The notes below the pieces were generated by a model. The model saw only the letters and a program-made list of their open reading frames with translations, was not told where the DNA came from and ran no database searches. A DNA stretch of 64,000 nucleotides from Candidatus Aenigmatarchaeota archaeon (lineage in GTDB: Archaea; Aenigmatarchaeota; Aenigmatarchaeia; GW2011-AR5; JACRAC01), in contig JACRAC010000011.1 in NCBI GenBank assembly GCA_016213555.1, positions 8,841-72,840 on the forward strand. The letters are read 5' to 3'. Numbering within the stretch: the stretch's first letter is position 1; every line of letters begins with the position of its first letter. The translations under genes and the position numbers were made by a program. This document shows, piece after piece, positions 59,396 through 64,000 of the stretch.

Positions 59396-60025
59396 TCACT
59401 TTATTAATCCCATTCTCTTCTTTAAAATTTGCTCAACTAGGAAGAAATCAGTAGGATCATCTATCTCTATATTCTGCTCTTTATCAATAATAACTTCTCC
59501 TAATTTATCTCCAAATAATGTACCTTTTCTTATTAAATCAGCGTTTATGACATAAACATTACCATCGTCATAGAAAAATCCTTTTATTTCTTGCCTAGGT
59601 TTTGTACATGTTCCGTATTTATTAAATTTACAATAAAATCCTGTAGCTAAAGAACCAACTTTTGTTTTCTTGAACTCTTCTACACATTTATCTATTAAAT
59701 TATCATCCCTTATGGGTGATGTAGGTTGTAAAAGTACTACCACGGCTGCATTTACTTTTGTAAGAACATGCTGTATTGCTGGAAGTGTTGGAGAATTATC
59801 TTCGGCTAGCTCTTTAGGTCTTTTCACAACTTCTGCTCCTGCGTTTTTTGCAACTTCTGATATTTCTTCATCTTCTGTAGAAACAATTATTCTTTTTATG
59901 TATTTTGATTTTTTGGCTGCTTCTATAGACCATACTAACAAAGGTTTACCAGCTATCATTTTTATATTCTTTCTTGGAATACCTTTGCTACCTCCTCTAG
60001 CTGGTATAACTGCAATTATTTCCAT
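59396..60025 (-). CDS. CMP-nonulosonic acid synthetase (acylneuraminate cytidylyltransferase, NeuA/LegF-like)
   Basis: IAVIPARGGSKGIPRKN P-loop-like cytidylyltransferase signature; 209 aa single-domain form. Confidence 0.8.
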   Translation of the reverse strand: MEIIAVIPARGGSKGIPRKNIKMIAGKPLLVWSIEAAKKSKYIKRIIVSTEDEEISEVAKNAGAEVVKRPKELAEDNSPTLPAIQHVLTKVNAAVVVLLQPTSPIRDDNLIDKCVEEFKKTKVGSLATGFYCKFNKYGTCTKPRQEIKGFFYDDGNVYVINADLIRKGTLFGDKLGEVIIDKEQNIEIDDPTDFFLVEQILKKRMGLIK

Positions 60026-60029
60026 TTTA

Positions 60030-61241
60030 TCATTCCTTCAATCCAGTAGAAATAGCATTTGAAATCTTATTTATATGTTCGTCAGTCATATTCAAGCTTA
60101 TACCTATAGCTAATGCTCTGTTTAGTATTTCTTGTGATCTAGTCCATAACTTTTCTGGATTTTTATAATCTTCAGATATTTTAGGTAGCATATGATCCCA
60201 TGTTCCTGCAAAATGCCACTTAAATGCACTAGGTAAATTCTTAGTCTCAATCCCAACCTTTAATAATTCCTTTACAACATCTTTTGCAATTTTTGAATCT
60301 TTGACAAAGAAAATTAAACTATCTCCGGCTTCTTCTGTATCATTATGTTTTCTATATTCTATACCAGATATTTTATCTAATTCTTTCTTTAACCTTTTCT
60401 TATTTTCTCTTTGCTTATTTACTATCACATCCAATTTTTTTAGTTGTGCTACACCTATAGCTCCTTGAAGTTCACACATTCTGTAGTTAAATCCTGCTAT
60501 GGATCTCGTATCGTCAGCTCTACTAAATTTAGTATTATGCTCATGACCATGATCAGCAAACCAGTCTGCTTTATCTGCAAACTCCTTTTTGTCTGATACA
60601 ACCATCCCACCTTCCCCTGTTGTCAATACTTTTCCATAATCAAAACTAAATACTCCCATGTCGGCTATTGTGCCCAGCATCTTTCCTCTGTATTTAGCTC
60701 CAAGTGCTTGGCAAGAATCTTCAAGTACTAATATGCTATGTTTTTTTGCTATTTCAGTTATTTTTTTCATATCTGCAGCAGATCCATGCATATGAACAGG
60801 TACTATTATTTTTGTTTTTTTAGTTATCCTATTTTCTATATCATTTGGATCCATGTTAATAGAAAAATCAATATCAGTGAATACAGGCTTTGCTCCACAT
60901 GCAATTATCGCTTCAGCAGTTGCAACAAATGTATATGAAGACGTTATTACTTCATCTCCAGGTTTAATTCCCATTGCCATTAAAGCTGTGTGCAATGCTG
61001 CAGTACCTGATGTTACTGCATGTGAATATTTTACAGATAGTTTGTTAGAAAAGTTGGTTTCAAATTCTTTAACTTTCCATGAATTTCCTCTAAGTTTGTC
61101 AAATCCGTATCTGTAAAGAATACCTTTATTGTCAAAAATAGAATTTATTTCTTTTCTTTCTTCATCTCCTATAAGTTCAAACCCAGGCATACTCATTAAT
61201 ATGCAGAAAGAGATTAAAACCCTTTCAAGTGTATCTATCAT
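60030..61241 (-). CDS. Second DegT-family PLP-dependent sugar aminotransferase (probably serving the CDP-sugar branch)
   Basis: PLP-Lys retained (VFSFDYGKVLTTGEGG), so an aminotransferase rather than an RfbH/E1-type dehydrase; 403 aa. Confidence 0.8.
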   Translation of the reverse strand: MIDTLERVLISFCILMSMPGFELIGDEERKEINSIFDNKGILYRYGFDKLRGNSWKVKEFETNFSNKLSVKYSHAVTSGTAALHTALMAMGIKPGDEVITSSYTFVATAEAIIACGAKPVFTDIDFSINMDPNDIENRITKKTKIIVPVHMHGSAADMKKITEIAKKHSILVLEDSCQALGAKYRGKMLGTIADMGVFSFDYGKVLTTGEGGMVVSDKKEFADKADWFADHGHEHNTKFSRADDTRSIAGFNYRMCELQGAIGVAQLKKLDVIVNKQRENKKRLKKELDKISGIEYRKHNDTEEAGDSLIFFVKDSKIAKDVVKELLKVGIETKNLPSAFKWHFAGTWDHMLPKISEDYKNPEKLWTRSQEILNRALAIGISLNMTDEHINKISNAISTGLKE

Positions 61242-62097
61242 CTATAGATTTTCTATTTTTCATATCTTCAAAGGCTTGATCCATAGATTTAATTGAAATT
61301 CCTAATTTTCTTATTTTATCTGATCTTAACCCAGCTTTTAGTGGCCTTGGTGCAATATTTTTGAAATATTTTGTAGGCTTTCCTATTATTAAAGTATCGT
61401 TTAATCCAAATGACTTTGCTATATTTCTTGCAAAGTTGTCTCTAGCTATCCACTCTTCACCAACAACGTTGTAGATACCCTCACAGTCTTGATTCAACAT
61501 CTTTTCTATAGTTGACACAAGATCTTTTACATATGTAGGATTTCCAAACTGATCATTAGGTACAAAAAGCTCCTTTCCTGACGATAGTGTATCAAAAACT
61601 CTGTAAAAAAAGTTTTTTCTTGCCATTTCCCAACCAAAGATCCCTGTAGTCCTTATTATTAAGTGTTTTATACCAGAATTTATTATTTTTCTTTCACAAG
61701 ATACCTTTAGCTCGCCATAATAGTTTATAGGATTTGTTTTATCTTTTTCTGAATAAGGTCCTGAATTACCGTCAAATACGTAATCTGAAGAAAAGAACAC
61801 TATTTTAGACTTTTTTGACAAACATTTTATTATATTTTCTATAATACCGACATTTGTTTTAAATGCCAGCTCTTTTTCAATTTCACATTTATTTACATCT
61901 GGCATTGCAGCTGTAACAATAACTATTTCTGGAGATAGTTTATTTATTAGTTTTTTTGTTTCTTCAAAACATGTAGCATCAAGTTCTATAAAACTATTGA
62001 TTTTTTGACTCTTGTATGTAAATTTATAATTATCTTTTTTTTGTCTGTAGAATTCGTAACCAACTAATCCAGAACCACCTATAACTAGATTCGTCAT
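61225..62097 (-). CDS. dTDP-4-dehydrorhamnose reductase (RmlD)-family NDP-sugar 4-ketoreductase
   Basis: VIGGSGLVG Rossmann, YGELK (YxxxK), 290 aa RmlD-like length. Confidence 0.7.
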   Translation of the reverse strand: MTNLVIGGSGLVGYEFYRQKKDNYKFTYKSQKINSFIELDATCFEETKKLINKLSPEIVIVTAAMPDVNKCEIEKELAFKTNVGIIENIIKCLSKKSKIVFFSSDYVFDGNSGPYSEKDKTNPINYYGELKVSCERKIINSGIKHLIIRTTGIFGWEMARKNFFYRVFDTLSSGKELFVPNDQFGNPTYVKDLVSTIEKMLNQDCEGIYNVVGEEWIARDNFARNIAKSFGLNDTLIIGKPTKYFKNIAPRPLKAGLRSDKIRKLGISIKSMDQAFEDMKNRKSIDDRYT

Positions 62098-62103
62098 TAT
62101 AAT

Positions 62104-62538
62104 CTACCATTTATAGGGTATGTTATTTTTATAAGGATCTTGTTTGACAGATTCTGAAGGATCGTGTTCTATGTCTGCAATATTTAATAACATATTAGTA
62201 CTTTTGCTAAGTCCTGTGAATCCTACCCATATCATAGGAGGAATTGTAAGCCTTTGATAGTTCTCTATTGATAGAATAATTTCATTTGTTTCTTTATAGG
62301 TTTTTGAGCCCTTTCTATCGTCGTACAAAACAAACTTTACTTCACCACAAGGTACTATTAAGTTCAATGTCATTTTTTTATGCATTTTCCACGCTTTTAC
62401 ACAATCTTTTTTAACTATAGAGAAATAGGCTTCTCCAAATTTGGTAAATGTAGAATCACTTTTTTTAAATGCATGCATAACATCTCCTAGTTCTCCAGGT
62501 AATATTTTAAGAGGTGTTAAAACTACTCCTTCAATCAT
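62104..62538 (-). CDS. Cupin-fold NDP-hexulose isomerase/epimerase (FdtA/WxcM-like 3,4-ketoisomerase or RmlC-like)
   Basis: 144-aa cupin with GELGDVMHAF...FGEAYF...; size and context match FdtA-like ketoisomerases. Confidence 0.5.
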   Translation of the reverse strand: MIEGVVLTPLKILPGELGDVMHAFKKSDSTFTKFGEAYFSIVKKDCVKAWKMHKKMTLNLIVPCGEVKFVLYDDRKGSKTYKETNEIILSIENYQRLTIPPMIWVGFTGLSKSTNMLLNIADIEHDPSESVKQDPYKNNIPYKW

Positions 62539-63643
62539 TGTCTTTCACCCATTTTTGATTTCTTGAGAAAGCTATTCTTATGTATTCATCTATCTGCTCT
62601 TTAGACAACTTAAAAGGATCTTCAGTTTTTGAATAAAATTTCTTATACCAGTCTGTAGTTAGTTTTGCAGTTTCTTCAAATGTTAACGTTGATTGCCAGT
62701 TTAAAATATTAGCAGCTTTATCACAACATAATTTCAAGAGTTTTGCTTCTTTTCCATCATTTTTTACTGGTTTAACTTCTCTGTTTTTCCAATGTTTTCT
62801 CATTTCATTTACCAATGCTCTAACACTATAGCTTTGTATATCCTTAGGTCCAAAGTTAAATGCTTCTCCATTGAGTAAAGGATTTTCATGAAGAAGCTCT
62901 CCTAGTAGTAGATATCCGCTTAATGGTTCTAACACATGCTGCCAAGGTCTTGTTGCTTCCATATTTCTAATCTCAACGGCTTTATCTTCTGCCCATGCCT
63001 TTATACAATCCACGACAATTCTGTCTTGTGCCCAATCGCCGCCACCTATAACATTACCAGCTCTAGCAGAGCCAACCTTTACTTTACTTTCAGGATTGTT
63101 GAAGAATGAATTTGCATAGGTCTTTACCACAAGTTCAGCACATCCTTTAGATGCACTGTACGGATCTTTTCCACCTAGAGTATCTGTTTCTTTATACCCC
63201 CACACCCATTCTATGTTATCGTAACATTTATCACTTGTAATTATTATTGCACAGCATGTATTATTTGACTTTCTAAGAGCTTCTAAAATATTCATGGTGC
63301 CTATAACGTTAGTCTCTATTGTCTCTACAGGATCCTTAAAAGATTGTCTCACAAGAGGCTGTGCAGCTAGATGAAAAATAAAATCAGGCTTCACTTTGTT
63401 TATAACTTCTTGAACATCTTTCAAGGATCTTATATCTTTTTCAAAATTTTCTATCTTGTTTTCCAGTCCTATTTCTTTATAATGAGATAATTTTGTGGGG
63501 ATATCTATAGAAAATCCATACACTTTTGCACCTAATGTATGTAACCATAAACTTAACCAAGAACCTTTGAATCCTGTACTTCCTGTTACAAGTACCTTTT
63601 TATTTTTATATATGTCGTTGAAAAGAGCGTACATTTTAATCAT
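62531..63643 (-). CDS. rfbG: CDP-glucose 4,6-dehydratase (RfbG/DdhB)
   Basis: VLVTGSTGFKGSWLSLWL N-terminus and overall collinearity with RfbG; 370 aa. Confidence 0.85.
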   Translation of the reverse strand: MIKMYALFNDIYKNKKVLVTGSTGFKGSWLSLWLHTLGAKVYGFSIDIPTKLSHYKEIGLENKIENFEKDIRSLKDVQEVINKVKPDFIFHLAAQPLVRQSFKDPVETIETNVIGTMNILEALRKSNNTCCAIIITSDKCYDNIEWVWGYKETDTLGGKDPYSASKGCAELVVKTYANSFFNNPESKVKVGSARAGNVIGGGDWAQDRIVVDCIKAWAEDKAVEIRNMEATRPWQHVLEPLSGYLLLGELLHENPLLNGEAFNFGPKDIQSYSVRALVNEMRKHWKNREVKPVKNDGKEAKLLKLCCDKAANILNWQSTLTFEETAKLTTDWYKKFYSKTEDPFKLSKEQIDEYIRIAFSRNQKWVKDND

Positions 63644-64000
63644 CCCATTTTTTCCATATAGGATTTGTTTTCCATAAGCTCTCCAATAATTGGAGGTCTC
63701 TAAAAGTATCCATACATTGCCAAAATCCTAGATGTTTATATACCATTAGCTGCTTATCATTTGCTAAATTTATTAGAGGCTCCTTTTCTAGTACACAACT
63801 GTCTTTATCTGATAGATACTTAAAAAACTCCTTATTAAGTACAAAAAACCCACCGTTTATGAATCTCTGATCCTTAAAATTATCAGGTTTTTCAGTAAAA
63901 CTTGTTACTTGATTATTATCTATTATAAGCTCTCCAAATCTTGATGGTGGACGGACTCCTGTAACAGTTCCTATTTTTCCATGAGATTTATGAAATTTTA
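63636..64000 (-). CDS. rfbF: Glucose-1-phosphate cytidylyltransferase (RfbF/DdhA), C-terminal fragment; 5' end lies beyond the window
   Basis: Own translation of the minus strand: ...GVRPPSRFGELIIDNNQVTSFTEKPDNF...FWQCMDTFRDLQLLESLWKTNPIWKKWDD*, matching the RfbF C-terminus (WQPMDTLRD...APWK.W); stop overlaps rfbG start. Confidence 0.8.
   Translation of the reverse strand, partial: KFHKSHGKIGTVTGVRPPSRFGELIIDNNQVTSFTEKPDNFKDQRFINGGFFVLNKEFFKYLSDKDSCVLEKEPLINLANDKQLMVYKHLGFWQCMDTFRDLQLLESLWKTNPIWKKWDD

Noticed and set aside
60030-61241. Considered the second DegT homolog as an RfbH/E1-type PMP-dependent 3-dehydrase (3,6-dideoxyhexose pathway)
   Set aside because: The PLP-binding Lys is retained (YGKVLTTGEGG) whereas E1 has His at this position, and no E3 reductase partner is present. 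More likely an aminotransferase.
1-64000. Search for tRNA/rRNA/ncRNA genes (GC-rich ~75-nt islands in this AT-rich background) and for CRISPR repeat-spacer periodicity
   Set aside because: No intergenic region contains a GC-rich block of tRNA size. No regularly spaced direct repeats typical of CRISPR were seen. Intergenic gaps are short and AT-rich.

Overview
Strongly AT-rich, gene-dense archaeal chromosomal segment. Inference rests on archaeal-type replication and repair proteins (family-B DNA polymerase, Orc1/Cdc6, PolD-small-subunit-like protein, archaeal DnaG, RadB, Hjc, Cdc48, topoisomerase IA), an upper mevalonate pathway gene cluster, archaeal lipid genes (geranylgeranyl reductase, CDP-alcohol phosphatidyltransferase plus phosphatidylserine decarboxylase) and SecDF in archaeal F-D gene order. 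No rRNA, tRNA, CRISPR array, transposase or integrase was seen; both glycan loci look accessory and strain-variable, but no mobile-element hallmark flanks them inside the window. Three things stand out. (1) An N-glycosylation (agl-type) locus at ~0.4-10.7 kb, in which the AglB/STT3 oligosaccharyltransferase is encoded as two ORFs overlapping at ATGA. (2) A replication-origin neighbourhood near 31-33.4 kb: orc1/cdc6 with an AT-rich repeat-bearing upstream region (candidate oriC), followed by a short DP1-like protein with a degenerate nuclease motif. (3) An ~18 kb sugar island (45.9-64 kb, runs off the window). It encodes a legionaminic-acid-type nonulosonic acid pathway (4,6-dehydratase, aminotransferase, hexapeptide N-acetyltransferase, NeuC-like 2-epimerase, NeuB-like synthase, NeuA-like CMP-transferase) with extra tailoring enzymes (methyltransferase, Fe-ADH, ATP-grasp, HAD, PIG-L deacetylase). 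Two tandem KpsC/KpsS-family (beta-Kdo-transferase-like) genes are plausible nonulosonic-acid transferases, and a CDP-6-deoxy-aminohexose pathway (RfbF, RfbG, cupin ketoisomerase, RfbD-like reductase, second DegT) sits alongside. Other notable genes: a Mesh1/SpoT-type small alarmone hydrolase homolog, a C2H2-zinc-finger/DsbA fusion next to a secreted rhodanese, a UBA-less NAC-domain protein translationally coupled to an ASCH protein, a catalytically dead GuaAA-like amidotransferase, and several perfect palindromes in divergent promoter regions.
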